From: Marsupella aquatica
Lineage: Eukaryota > Plantae > Marchantiophyta
Reading direction: 5' to 3'
Length of the DNA: 64,000 nucleotides
NCBI GenBank assembly: GCA_973895155.1
Contig: OZ316892.1
Coordinates: 9,900,283 to 9,964,282 of the forward strand
The notes below the pieces were generated by a model, which was not told the origin of the DNA, did not search any database, and saw nothing but the letters and a program-made list of their open reading frames with translations. Position numbers and translations under genes: made by a program. Shown piece by piece: positions 38,010 through 50,392 of this stretch. Numbering within the stretch: the first letter of the stretch is position 1; the number at the start of each line of letters is the position of its first letter.

Positions 38010-39765
38010 ATGGTTCTCCGATGCCTCCCGTTCCTGGAGGAGCTACTTCAATGGCCATTTCAACTTGTCCAAAGTCAAGACAGCCTGCCCGACAAGCGCC
38101 CCATTGGCTCCTTCTCCTCCAAGGAAGAGTATGAGCCCGACACCAAAATGCCAGTGAGCCATGGAGAAGAGCTTCTCCCCTCCTGGGAAACACTGAAAGA
38201 GATATTGGAAGCACACCCGGAGGTGCCCTCTCAGTCAATTTCCAAGGCAAGGTTGAGACTATTTGGAGATGACAAGAAGGAGAGGCTCACCTTGTACAGA
38301 GATGATTCCGGGTGGTGCCCATACAGCGAGAAAGTTTGGCTCACGTTGGAAGAGAAGCAGATCTCCTATGCTGTGAAGACAGTTAACCTCGCCGCCTACG
38401 GTCCCAAAGATGAATGGTACTATGAGATCAATCCTCTGGGTCTAGTGCCTTCGATTGACCACGAGAACACGATTGTGGTGGACTCTCTCGACATCCTTCG
38501 GTATATTGAAGCCAACTTTCCAAACCATAAGCCTCTATGGCCGGCTGAGGGAACCGCTGAGAGGAAGTGGATCGACGGTTTACTTTATCTGGAAAACGAA
38601 TTCATCTCCGCATTAAGTGCTAATACCAAGTGGGACAGACTCCACGAGTTTGACAACGCTTTGGACAAGTACGAAGAAGCTCTGCAGGTGTATGAAGGAC
38701 CTTGGTTCTTCGGCCATGAGGTGAGTCTTCTTTTGAGAATTGTGCGACGTAGCTGATATCTTTGTCACTGATGTGTACACAGATCATCCTCATATTCTTG
38801 AAAGAGGTGCAATTTAGATCTCACTTTCCCTTCAGAACGAGATCCAATTGCCTTCATAAGATCTTCATTGCAAGTCGCTCTGCTTTCTTTACAGTTATTT
38901 CTCGTTATGTTTCGTTTCTTCCTTTCGGTCGTTTCTTGCGAGTCGCCGTCGCTCACAAGCGTTAAGTTCTGGTGATGCATGCAATTGAGGATTAGACGTT
39001 TAGGATCCACGATTGACACGACTTATGTGGCAACTGTTCTTGCAGTTCTCTGGAGCTGATATTTACTTTGCTACAATCTTTGAGAGAACTGTTCCCCTTC
39101 CTCCGTATTTTGCCGGGTACCACCTCCGTTTCTCAGGAAAATGGCCACATTTGGACTCTTGGTTTGATGCATTTCTTACCCGAAAATCATTCAAGCTGAT
39201 TAAGTCAGACGACTATACCACGGTTCACAACAGAATCAGATCTGATGAGCCACACGAACTCCCCGAAGGAGCTTCTTGGAGGGCTAAGATTGACGGAACA
39301 GATGGAAGTTGGGACTTGCCTCTGGGGCCTATCAGATTACCTCTCGGCTCAGATGATGGCACTGGAGCGAATGGAGCGAAAGAAGAGGCAGCCAAGACTC
39401 TGGTCTTCAACCATGAGAATGTTGCAATCTTTGCCTTGCGTGCTATTACGGGACCTGATGCTACTGATTACCTCGAGAAGGTAGACCTGGCATTCCGATT
39501 TGTTGCTTTTTCACTGTTGGTGGGAGTGCAGAATGCTGGGAGGCTACCCAAGGACCTCCTCATCACAGAGGTTGTAGAAGCTGTTGAATATTTTAGAGAC
39601 AAGGTAGGTGTAGTAAGAGACATGACCTTCCCTGCTGCCAGGCAATTCCGAGCTCATTTGCATTGGTTAGCCAAAACCATCAAGCAGGAGCTCAAACAAC
39701 GACTGCACTTGCAGGCCATCAGATACAGGTCTGCGACCAACAAGGGACTGCATTTGGCACATTGA
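38010..39765 (+). CDS. Glutathione S-transferase, Iota-class-like, 476 aa; exons 38010-38720, 39046-39765
   Basis: LRLFG...LTLYRDDSGWCPYSEKVWLTLEEKQI...YGPK..WY..INPLGLVPSI (cis-Pro loop), DSLDILRYIE, and C-terminal VGVVRDMTFPAARQFRAHL typical of algal/cyanobacterial/moss GSTI. Probable 5'UTR intron at 37503-38001. Alternative start at 38148. Confidence 0.88.
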
Positions 39766-40405
39766 TTTCAAACTCGCCAACAAAGTATAGAAGTGAAGGG
39801 CGTTAGTGTGCTGTGATCCAGACTGAATATATGAATATTCTATTTCCGTTATGTAATTAATCTTAGGCTCGGCAAGGCCGGGTAAAAGTGGGGCGCTTCT
39901 TTGGGAACTTTTATGCAAGTACTTGCATATGTAGCTTTGAATACAATTCAGAGTCAGATCGACCTTCCCGTTACTACGTAGTCGGTAGATATACCGAGAC
40001 ATCTGGTTTGGTTTGTTCGGGACGTTCATATCAGAATAGCTGAAATAGAATATAGACACTCACAAAAGCGATCCGCGAAATGTGTGATCAAGGTAGGTTG
40101 CCGAAAACCTCCAGCATGAAAGAATGAGTACTCACATATAGTGAGACTTCTTCAAGTTGTACCATCTTCTCCATTTGAAGTTCAGACTCTTGGTTGAATG
40201 CAAGGTCAAAATTTTCTGTATATTTCCTGATTTCTGGAGAGGTGAAAACCTCCATAACAAATTCTACAAATCCCTTTAAAAGCGTCCATATAACCGGGTG
40301 TTGAAACTGTCCATTTACGTTCAACTGTGCAAAAATACAGTTATAAGGTAGGATTTCGGTTTAGTTGGAAACTACGTAAATGGTCACTATCTCCGTGACC
40401 TCGAT

Positions 40406-42642
40406 TTAGGCAACCCTATGCCAGATTGCACCATGAATCGGGGAGCCCAGGGCTTTCATGACACTCCACCCACCTGCAAATCAAGGACGTGAACATTTGA
40501 GGGAAGTCATCGGAAATTTAATGTCTTTAGATAAATTTTCGAAAATCAGGGGACTGGAAAGATCCCATTCGATGCCTGGACACTCTGCATAGAAAACGTT
40601 ATTCGATCCTGCTTTCCTTGCTGCCTATGCAGAAGTGATTCCGATGCAAGCTGCTCTCACATTCCATTGTGGCAGATGCTTCACCCATGCCCTGCATCCA
40701 TGCGCATGAAATTGACAATCTAAATAAGACAGGACAAAAGCTCACCTGGTTGGAATCCGCATTCCCCCGATATTGTCCAAATTCTTGTGTAATGAAACCT
40801 TGAGTCAACATATTCGACTAAAGAGTGACTTATGGTTCTGGACTGCATATGTCAGACAAAGACCTGGTGAATTTACATACTGCGTGTGTGAAATATGAGG
40901 CTAACAAAAGTAGCTGAAACAACACAGAGGCATTCGACAATGTCATCGCCCTTTCCTCTCTTGGAACTTCTTTACTTCTCAAGATTCAGCAATCCCATGC
41001 ACTACAAAACGGCATCACACAAATTTGATGATTTCCCAGATCTTGTCTGTTGATTGAGGCAATTGTTTGAGGGTTTCATTTGTTTAAAGAGATAGGGAAC
41101 CTACTTTACAGCCGTAGGAGAAGCAAAGGTCGCAACCAGAGTAACCATTGCAGTAGCAACCTTCTCTTGATCGGGCGCTTTCACACTTTCCTCTCAGCGA
41201 CAACGAAAAGCAGAATCAGCTTCGAAAAGAGTCTAGCCATACAGCGGAGTGCTCAAGGGAACATTGCTGGATTGGCGAGCTACAAGAAAGGCAAAATGGG
41301 CTGCACGAAGGCTTGTGAAGAATTTTTCCTGTCGAATATGTATTTAGGCCTGCAACCTCAAATCCTCGTTCCAACCAAGCGGTTTCTGCCGAGAACCAAA
41401 TGCCAAACATGAGAGGCGTTCCTCGTTGGACTCAATACATGTCCATATTACGAACGACCAGACTTAGAAATTATTTTGTCGCAAACCTATTTTGTAGAAG
41501 AGGGGACCCGAGCATGTAACGAATTCGGCATAATACATACCAAGATCACTCCCGGATTTTGCTGATGAAGGATAAAGAACTCGACGATTTCCACTGACAG
41601 TAGTAGGTAATTCTATAGCGAGGACCTTTGCAGTAGCTAACACACACAAGGACCATGGCTAGCATGTTAGAATGTCATCCTGCTTCACAAGCGTACTTTG
41701 AAGGCCAATTCCATCAGAACGACTCAACATCGTCCAGGCCAGGAAATGACCTCATGTGGTGCACAAACCTTTGGAGGGCGAGAATTCAAGTTTCAGTGCC
41801 TTGACATTGTCGAACTCCTGACCATACCCCAACAACAGCAACAGGTACTTTGGGGTAGCCCGCGTCTCTACAAGCAACCATTAACAAACGATAAGAGTCA
41901 ATTTAACTGGGTGAGATACAACATTTTCAAGAATCTTTCAAAGCTCTTGGACTAGGCAGGCTGACCGTGTGGAAAGGTACACGCACCTGCATTCCTTGAT
42001 GAGGACTGTGGCAGCTTCGGGAGATGTCATGAAAATCCACTCAAATTCGACTTCTGTGTGCACACCTGCATTCCTTGAAGGACTGTGGCAGCTTCGGGAG
42101 ATGTCATGAAAATCCACTCAAATTCGACTTCTGTGTTAACCAACCTATTCAAACCATTGGCCATGAGAAACTCGTAAATCAAAATTGGGCTGCATTACCC
42201 ACAGACCCCCGTTATTTCATCCACCAGGGGTCCACAGAAACCGAAACATACTCCTAAACACTGCCCTACATTAGAGACATCTGAATATTAGAAAATCCAT
42301 ACCGCGTAGACTGTGAGAAAGTTTGTTGAGATCCGGTCCTACAATATGCTCAATCAGCGGAAGTTCCAGACGTTGAACCCCTCTTGCACTCTTGGGCGAT
42401 TTTACACAACCGAAAAAGAGGAATAACAATTTTCAGAATCAACCCAATTTAGTGCATTGAACTACAGTAAGTCTGTTGTAATTCTGCTCCCAGAAATCGG
42501 TCAAGAAAGATACAAATGCAACACAACTGAAAACAGAGCTACTGTACAAGACCATCCATCCACCCGGCAGCTGAAATCGAATTCGAGGCCATTTCGCAGC
42601 ACTAAATGCGCAGGAGGAGGAGATGGCCTGCAGCAACGCCAT
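40406..42642 (-). pseudogene. UROS: Uroporphyrinogen-III synthase pseudogene (unprocessed)
   Basis: Ordered exon remnants ELPLIEHIVGPDLNKL, FEWIFMTSPEAATV, AGYPKVPVAVVG/EFSPSK, ATAKVLAIELP..VLYPSSAKSGSDL, RGFEVAGLNTYST, TFASPTAVK, GWVE/VMKALG match plant HEMD. Frameshifts, in-frame stops and a damaged donor site are present. Confidence 0.85.
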
Positions 42643-44234
42643 TTTCGCGGACACGCAACACCCCCGCCACCCAGCTCTTCCTTCAAGGTCTGTGGAAAGC
42701 CTCGGCTTCTGATGACCGAGGGACGCCTTCGGATTAAATGACAAAAGCTGAGACACTCAGTGCAATGATTCCCGTAATCGGGATATGCCAATCGAAATGC
42801 ACCGCAAGTTCAGGATCGGCATTGGAAATGGGTTACGGACATGATTGTCAACTCTGACTCTAGGTCGAGTCTTTAATCTAATTTGATTGCCCAAGGGATT
42901 AGCCTTGACACCTTTGTCCATCAAGTAGACATCCCTGATCTCTCACACATTCTCTGGAACTTGAACTTAAGCGGAGTCATGTCCTAGCCAATTGAATTTT
43001 TCTGAAGTTGAAATCATGGTAAGTTAGTTGATCAGACTCTGTGGAGAGGAGTGGCTGTGCCGATGGGCAGCACCGTCGAAGCCGAAGGACAGGTTGCCTC
43101 CACGAATTTAATCTTTGTGAAACTCGCCGTGTTCATCCCTATTATCTTCTGCGCAACGACGGGAGCTGTTAGTGCTGCTCGTTCTTGTCCTTCACCTTTG
43201 CCATTTGGCCGTCTGCAGTTCTTTCGGTTGCCCTCTCCAGCTCTCTCTGTCTTACCCGCGAAAGCTGAGTTCAGAATGTCCGCAACAAAACTCTCATCAA
43301 ATGCGCTTACAAAATAATTGAGGCCAAAATGCTCTTATCTGAGACATTGTTGGTCGAGAAGTGGTTGAATTGACGTCCGACTAACCTTCAACAGGAAGCA
43401 TCAATAATTTAGTATCGTCTACCAAATGTTGAGATCAACGCATTCGTTTTAACCTGGTTTTCGCTAAAGGACTTGTGGTGAAGTAATGTCCATTCCGCCA
43501 TCTGATTGGAAGTGTTTCATGTCACGGGAGGTCTCAAGTGTTCCGCGGGTAGTTCTTCAAGCAGCAGGGATTACAACGTTTGTTTGAAGTCCTTAGATTC
43601 TGCCTCTAGTACCTTTCATCCATCTCAAGGACAGGCTCGGAAATTGGAATTCTACCCTTTTGACTACCAAGAAAACCCTAAATTCGAACAATTCAGTATT
43701 TCATACACCAGAGCATTGAACCACAAACGCTAAACCCTTTCCATGAGCACAAAGGATTATGACTGATTATGGCCCTCTTCTGAAAAAATGTGACGTATTG
43801 CCTTTTGAAACCTGCTTTAGTCGAGGTAATGTCTTTTGCGCTTTGATGTTGTGACCTATCACATATTTCACCATCTTAGATGAATATAACGCTCAAATAT
43901 CGTAACAATGTCTGGTCTCGTGAGACACCCTCATCCTATTTCCTCTATCTAGATTGGCATGGATAGATTTTGTCCAGATTCGAGTTTCTTTAGTTTCTGG
44001 CTCCAGTCCTCAAGTCTAAGGTCACTTGACCTGGAAAGGACGTACATTACAGGGTTTGTAGAAGCGGAATATGGTCTCCAATGAATTATACTTGAGCTGG
44101 TTCAACACCGATCTTCAATGAAATCGAAACTGCGTGTAATGACATTATCCTCATAATTCTAACAAGGACCTTTGTGCCTAATCAACAACCTCTTGGTCCT
44201 TTATTTCAGACTGCAATATGCCACGAGGAGATAC

Positions 44235-45250
44235 AATTGGAAGGTTTACAGGTTTAACAAACGACGAGTTTCCACTCCATAAGTTCTTAGCCACAATCTC
44301 ATAAGCTTTTCTTGTGGGATGATAATAATCCCAGAAAAGGATGATAATAATCCCAGAAAACATGCTTCTCCACGTCATCACACAAGTTTGTTGGCGGGTT
44401 TGTGACGAGGTCTGCCGGCGATTTACTGCTCCATTCTAAACTCCTGAACCACAGCAAGCTGTTGAACTAGCAGTAAATCCTGTAACAAGTTCAGAAGTTC
44501 AGTCACCTAATTTTTCATAAGATTTAGCTCCAACCGGCAATTGAGACACTCAATTAAATGCCTCAAACTAACTTGGTTTAGACCAGCTCAATATTTGAAA
44601 CAGTATTTCACTTCCTCTAAGCTCTTATTACCAAAATCTGGATAAGTTGTGCGGCTAACTACAGGTAAACTCATAGATGTCTCGAGAATTGTGGATACAA
44701 AGGTAAATTCAGTGAAAGTACTCACCATATTTTTGTCCATTGCTTATAAAATCCCGAAGTTGGCTGTAAGGTGTTCCCACAATAGCTTTTATATCTAAAA
44801 TCTCTCCCCCAAGCTATAAACAAATTGCTCCACCAGTTGCAGCATTATATGCTTGACAAAGAGTATTCCAAGATTCCACACATTGTCCGCTAGTGATTCC
44901 TGCAGCTACCAATACCCCGGAAGACAGCCGACGGGGGCAGTACCTAAAAACATGACCGTCCGAGCTTCAGCTTCATAAAGAACCTATAGTTGAGAAACGG
45001 TTCAGAGATTTCGGGTAACGCTTTCTAGTCATCTATAAATCGAATCCAATCGTCCTGGTAAGCAGATCTGGATTCGACATCGAGCGAATCAATGTCGTCC
45101 AACACAAGTAAAATTCTCAATCAGCATTTGGACGTCTTGGATCTGGTACTGCTACTATCTGAATGACTGTTCCATGGGTGACAAACCAAAAAGGGAAGAT
45201 TCTAATTCCAAGGACTTCGAGGGATCAAGCAGCAGATGTCCATATATCCC
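44235..45250 (-). pseudogene. GDSL lipase relic (exons 4-5 plus introns only)
   Basis: Colinear with 47505-48500. FWDYYHPT region carries a 22-bp duplication (GGATGATAATAATCCCAGAAAA x2), there are small indels, and exons 1-3 are absent. Confidence 0.88.
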
Positions 45251-46375
45251 GACAATAACAAGTAGTAGGAAAAACGAGTAGCAGAGAGAGAGTGTGTGCA
45301 ACAGGCTTGAGTTCATAAACAACGGATGCTAACTCGAACATCAAATTCGAAGAGTGAGTCTCTCCTGCAACGATCGCAATTTTACAGCGCCACATTTGCT
45401 CAATGAAATTGGCTGAAAGTTTGTGCGGGGATCCAGGAGGCATGTACAAAGGCAGGGTTAGAGTTTGAGCCAAAATGGAGCTCGATATGGGCCGGGAGCT
45501 AGAATTCAGGAGGCTTTGGTAATTTTACAGAGACAAATGTTTTACAAAGGAATTGGCTTCGACGATTTTACGAGGAAAAGTGGCCTCAAATGTTTACAAA
45601 GAGAAAGTTCAGTCCTCGTTTCATGAGTGAACAGGATTAGGACTTGAGGTTGTTAACCCCATCACTTATTATAAATCAGATATATCATAAGGTATTTGGT
45701 TGATGGACCCCCAACCCAGACTTTTCTTCCCAACTAATTAACCCCTTGAGATTTTGGGTAAGTTGATTAAAGGTCTATTAGGGTCAATCAATGGTCTGAA
45801 TCACTAAGGGGTCCCATCAAGTCACACTTTTCATTTTGGGGGTCCATCAAGCATATGATTGAGTGTCAGCTTTTTTCTCTTGATGTACTTGCCGAGTCGG
45901 AGACTTCAACTTGGCTGACCTTGCCGAGCCACTTCTATTTCTACTTGACTGACCTTGGTGACTTGCTTTTACTCAGCAGCCTTAGTGAAACTAAAAGGGA
46001 CTCAACTCAGCAGTCTATTAGGGTGAGCTGAGTTGATTCATTTTGGTGGCCTCATTGAGCAGCCAGGAAAGTTCCACATGGAAACTACTACTAGGAGTGA
46101 CAATCTTACTAATAAATCACAATCAGAAGCTAGAGTTGGGGGTCTAGGCTTCTAGAGTGAAGCCTCTCAACAGTGCCTCCAGGAACCCACCAAAATGTAC
46201 CTGGATAGGAAGAAGGATGAGTAGATATCTTTATCCCATGATGTCATGCATGGTGATTTTTGTCATCATTTCTATTATTATTCAAAAAATGGGCAGTCAG
46301 ACTAGTAACTGATAGTGGCAAATGATAAGATATGGGGCTGCCACACTAGATTGTCACCTATCACGGGTAACCAGA

Positions 46376-46680
46376 CTAGCATTACCCATGCATTGCACAA
46401 AAGATTTCATTGCATAAAAGAAGTCGTCGCATACAAGATATTGTTAATTAATGTCATGGAGAAAAAGATTTTACATGACAAAAGTTGTTCGGCAAAAGAG
46501 ATACTTGTGGAAATAAATACCATTGATCACAAAAGAGATTGCTGTGTTTAGGATTTCATAGCCTTAAAAATATAAGATAGCCTTAAAAATATAAGATGTA
46601 GTTGAGCAAAGATATCATGAAAGAAAAGACATTGTTATCTAAAAGAAATTGTTGCCTAAAAGACTGAGGTCAAGGGCAAG
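46376..46680 (-). mobile_element. Helitron 3' end fragment with decayed subterminal repeats
   Basis: Minus strand GTGCAATGCATGGGTAATGCTAG|T preceded by AAAGAT..CATTG-type units, as at 6519-6900. A similar decayed array is at ~58122-58310. Confidence 0.55.
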
Positions 46681-46976
46681 CACTCAAATATAGGCTAATA
46701 AGAATCTATATTTGGTTTTCAAGAAGAAAATGTGGAAGATTCGCCAGCTCGTCTGTCAAAAACGAGTTCAGTTTGTGGCAAACAGGATACTCAGGATAGA
46801 CATGGATGGACCACTTTTGGGGCTGTGTAATTGGTGCAAAGTAGCCTAAGGGGTAAGAGGATCTAGGAGAAAAAATGCTCGATAATACTCCCCCCTCCAT
46901 ATTCTCCTCCTTCCCTTTATCCTTTTTCCAGCTGTTTTGGTCTCCTCCTTGCTTAGGTTCCTTCCACAAAATCTTT

Positions 46977-47122
46977 GGCACTGCAAATTTGTAAAACAAA
47001 CTCTGCACAAAAAAGGGTGGGACCTTGTATTATAGGTGTTAAACCACACCTGCCCCGGCACTGCAAATTTGTAAAACAAACTCTGCACAAAAAAAGGTGG
47101 GACCTTGTATTATAGGTGTTAA
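46977..47122. repeat. ~66-bp direct duplication (80-bp period)
   Basis: GGCACTGCAAATTTGTAAAACAAACTCTGCACAAAAAA.GGTGGGACCTTGTATTATAGGTGTTAA twice. Confidence 0.9.
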
Positions 47123-47504
47123 TAGGCCTTGTGATACATCCTCAACCTATCTTGTCCATCAAGATTGATATGGAAAGATAACTTCCAGGTTCGGATTTCT
47201 TTAGTTTGTGGCTCCAGCCCGTAAGTCCACGATCACTTGACCTTAAAGGTATATGCATCACACGGTTTGTACAAAAAGAAAATAGTCTCTAATGAAATAC
47301 ACTTGAGCTGGTTCAACACCAATCTTTCATGAACTCGAAACTCCGTGTAATGACATTCTTCTCGTGAGTCTAACAAGGACCCTTGTGCCTCATCAATAAC
47401 CTATTGGAACTGTCATCAAGCCAGCCACGAGGAGATCCAATTTGGAACCTGGAGTTCTTGCTAGGCCTGGCTGCTAGAGAGTGAATATTCAGATCTCTCT
47501 TTGT

Positions 47505-49943
47505 TCAAGATGAGACCAGAGTTTTAAGGTTTACAGGTTTAACAAACGACGAGTTTCCACTCCAGAGGGCTTTAGCGAGAATCTCATAAGCTTTGTCTGT
47601 GGGATGATAGAAATCCCAGAAAAGATGCTTCTCAACATCATCACACAAGTTTGTTGGCGGGTTTGTGATAAGATCTGCCGGCCGCCCACATTGCACTGCT
47701 GCATTGTAAACTCCTGAACCGCAGCAAGCTGTCAAACCAGCAGTAAATCCTGTAACAAGTCCACAAGGAATGTTCAGTCACCAAATTTTCCATCTGAATT
47801 AGCTCCAACCCCACAAATGAGACCCTACATTCCACCTCAGTATTGGGAAGCGTAATTCACTTCCTCTCAGCTCTTGTACCAAAATCTGGATGAGGTGTTC
47901 GGCTAAATACAGGTAGACTCATCTCGATGGAAATTCGAGAAAGGTGAATTTCGGTGAACGTGCTCACCATATTTTTCTCCGTTGATTATAAAATCCTGAG
48001 CTTGGTTGTAAGGTGTTCCCACGATAGCTTTGATATCTGGGAAGCTCTCATCTAAGCTATCAACAAATTGCTCCAGTGCAGCATTATATGCTTGACCAAG
48101 ATCAGTCCAAGATTCTACACATTGTCCATTTGTGATTCCTGCAGCCGCCAATACGCCTGGAACACAGCCGAGGACTCCCGTACCTAAAAACATGACCTTC
48201 CGAGCTCCAGCTCCGTAAAGAACCTGCAATTGAAAAACCGTTAGGAGTTTTAGGGTAGCCCTCGCTACTCATCCACACTTCAAGTGCAATCGTCCTGGTA
48301 AGTAGATCATGATTCGAGATCGAGGGAATAAATGTCGTCCAACATAAGTGCAATTCTCAATCAGTATTTGGACGTTTTGGATCCAGATTACTGCTCATAA
48401 GAAACTTGTGACTATCTTTAATGACCGTTCAATTGGCGACAAACCAAAAAAGGTAAATTCTAATTCCAAGGACTTCAAGGGATCAAACATCAGATGTCTA
48501 TCCCGGAAATGAGTCCTACCTCAACAGAAGCCTTCAATATCACCATTAAACCGTCAATGAACAACTGCTGTGGGACTGATGGATTAAAAATATATTCGAA
48601 AAGATCATTGGATCCAATATTGATGAGAAATAGTGATTTCGAAAAGAGCTCCTTTGCTGCTTCTTTGCTTTTAAACGTCTCCTCGATCTGGATTTTCGTC
48701 TGACCGAACTGGAGGATCTGATCAGGAAAGGGTACCACCTTCTGAAAGAAAGAAATTACCTCATCCTTAGAAATTCAACTCTTGCCATTTCGATTTAACA
48801 GAAGACCGGAAACATTCTTTGATGGTCAATGCCAGCTTGCACAAACATCTAGAGTACTTTGGAATCCAGGCAGATATGAATGACCTACACTTTCTGCATT
48901 GGTGGTGCTAAGGAGGCCGCTGCCCGCAGAAGCGTAGTTCACTCCCGTGATGACACTCCATTTACCCTTCCCTTTTAGATAGGGCTCGATGAGATCCAGC
49001 CCGATGTACGTCGCTGGAAAGGGAGAATAGCCACCCATCAGTAACAGAGAACCGTGCTTTGAGGCGCCAATCCAGTAGGAACAGCTAACAAAACGAGGTG
49101 GGTCAACCAGCTTTACGTTGGCGACACACAAATGGATGTAAGTGGTAAGGTCAGAGACATTTCGCAAGCAGTCAGTCATTACTAATCATATCCTACTAAT
49201 AACCTGTCATTTCTACAGCAACATGACAATCAAAATGCACATCTTGGACAACATTGCAAGCCAATGCATCCGTTTCGTCTGAAGCGGGTTAGAAATCCTC
49301 AGGCAGTCCATTTCACTTTCAAGTTTTCAAAAAGTTAGCTGATCTGGCTTGGTAGTCTCAGTAGTTTGCTGATACAGTTACTGGACGTCTATTCCTCCTG
49401 ACATCTCTCCGTCCAATTCTAGTCCCAGTGCCCATTTGGGGGCATTCAGCGCAACTTGACGACCTTACCAAGACTCACTTTTCATGGACAATTTTCTTGA
49501 CAAGAATAGCTCTTAGCTCCTTTGCTATTGCCCTCAATTGGATGTTTAGTTTCAACCCTTCAAATCAAAACAACTTGAATCCCGACCATCATGTTACTTC
49601 ATATGAACTCTCCTCCAGACGAATTCTGCAACTCCCGGTGCACATACATACCAAAGAAATCGGCGTAAGTCCGTCCGTTAGTGAAGCGTCCGGTGGCCTT
49701 GCCAAAGTACTCCGTGCCATAAGGCTTGAAGTTGGCTTGCAGCAAGCTGGGAAAGAAGTTATTCGTGCCAGCATCGAGAACCGAATCACCAAACACAAAC
49801 ATTGCCGGTACCGCTGGACCCCGACCTGGATGGTGTTCCACCATATCTTCGATGATCCATTCCCTACCATGCTCTGTGCCCGAGCTGAAGGTGACTAGCA
49901 GCAGCAGAAGTGACAGCTGCAGGAGATGCTTAACCATCCCCAT
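47505..49943 (-). CDS. GDSL esterase/lipase, 379 aa; exons 49943-49652, 49013-48889, 48741-48520, 48223-47968, 47749-47505
   Basis: Signal peptide, FVFGDSVLDAG, TGRFTNGR, GVNYASAGSG, IGSND, FWDFYHPT. Five exons with GT-AG introns, 1140 nt in frame. Confidence 0.96.
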
Positions 49944-50356
49944 CCCGGAGGGGTTATAGTCCCGCTCTCAGCCTAATCTCACTTCTCACCCACTAAGATG
50001 TGCCTCCAAATCCGAGTGATTGACCCTCCTGTTATGTCTGCTCCCGTCTATGGAAACACGGTTTCAGCTCAGCTCAGCTCAGCCACCTTATCTTATCTTT
50101 TCTGCCCGAGTGATCACCCACAGAAGTGTGAAAACAAATTCCAATCCTAGCGAGTGAATTCTCAAAGCTTCATGCTGTGAACTGCCTTCATGAACATATA
50201 TACAAGCTTCTCAAAACGTCCTCCCTCGACTCACATGTGACATGCGCGCACTTATCAACTCGAGCTGATCTCGAGCTGATGTCTCTCTGGGCTCTTCGAT
50301 TGGTCAGTCAAATTGCCTTTGGAAGCAGTCCTGTGCTTGCACGATCTTTCCTCCAT

Positions 50357-50358
<2 letters not shown>

Positions 50359-50389
<31 letters not shown>
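50359..50389. repeat. (CT)15 microsatellite upstream of the GDSL gene
   Basis: Uninterrupted CT run about 420 bp upstream of the ATG. Confidence 0.95.

Positions 50390-50392
<3 letters not shown>

Noticed and set aside
40088-40324. Separate small gene on the minus strand
   Set aside because: It has plausible splice signals but no recognisable family and no linked exons; unsupported.
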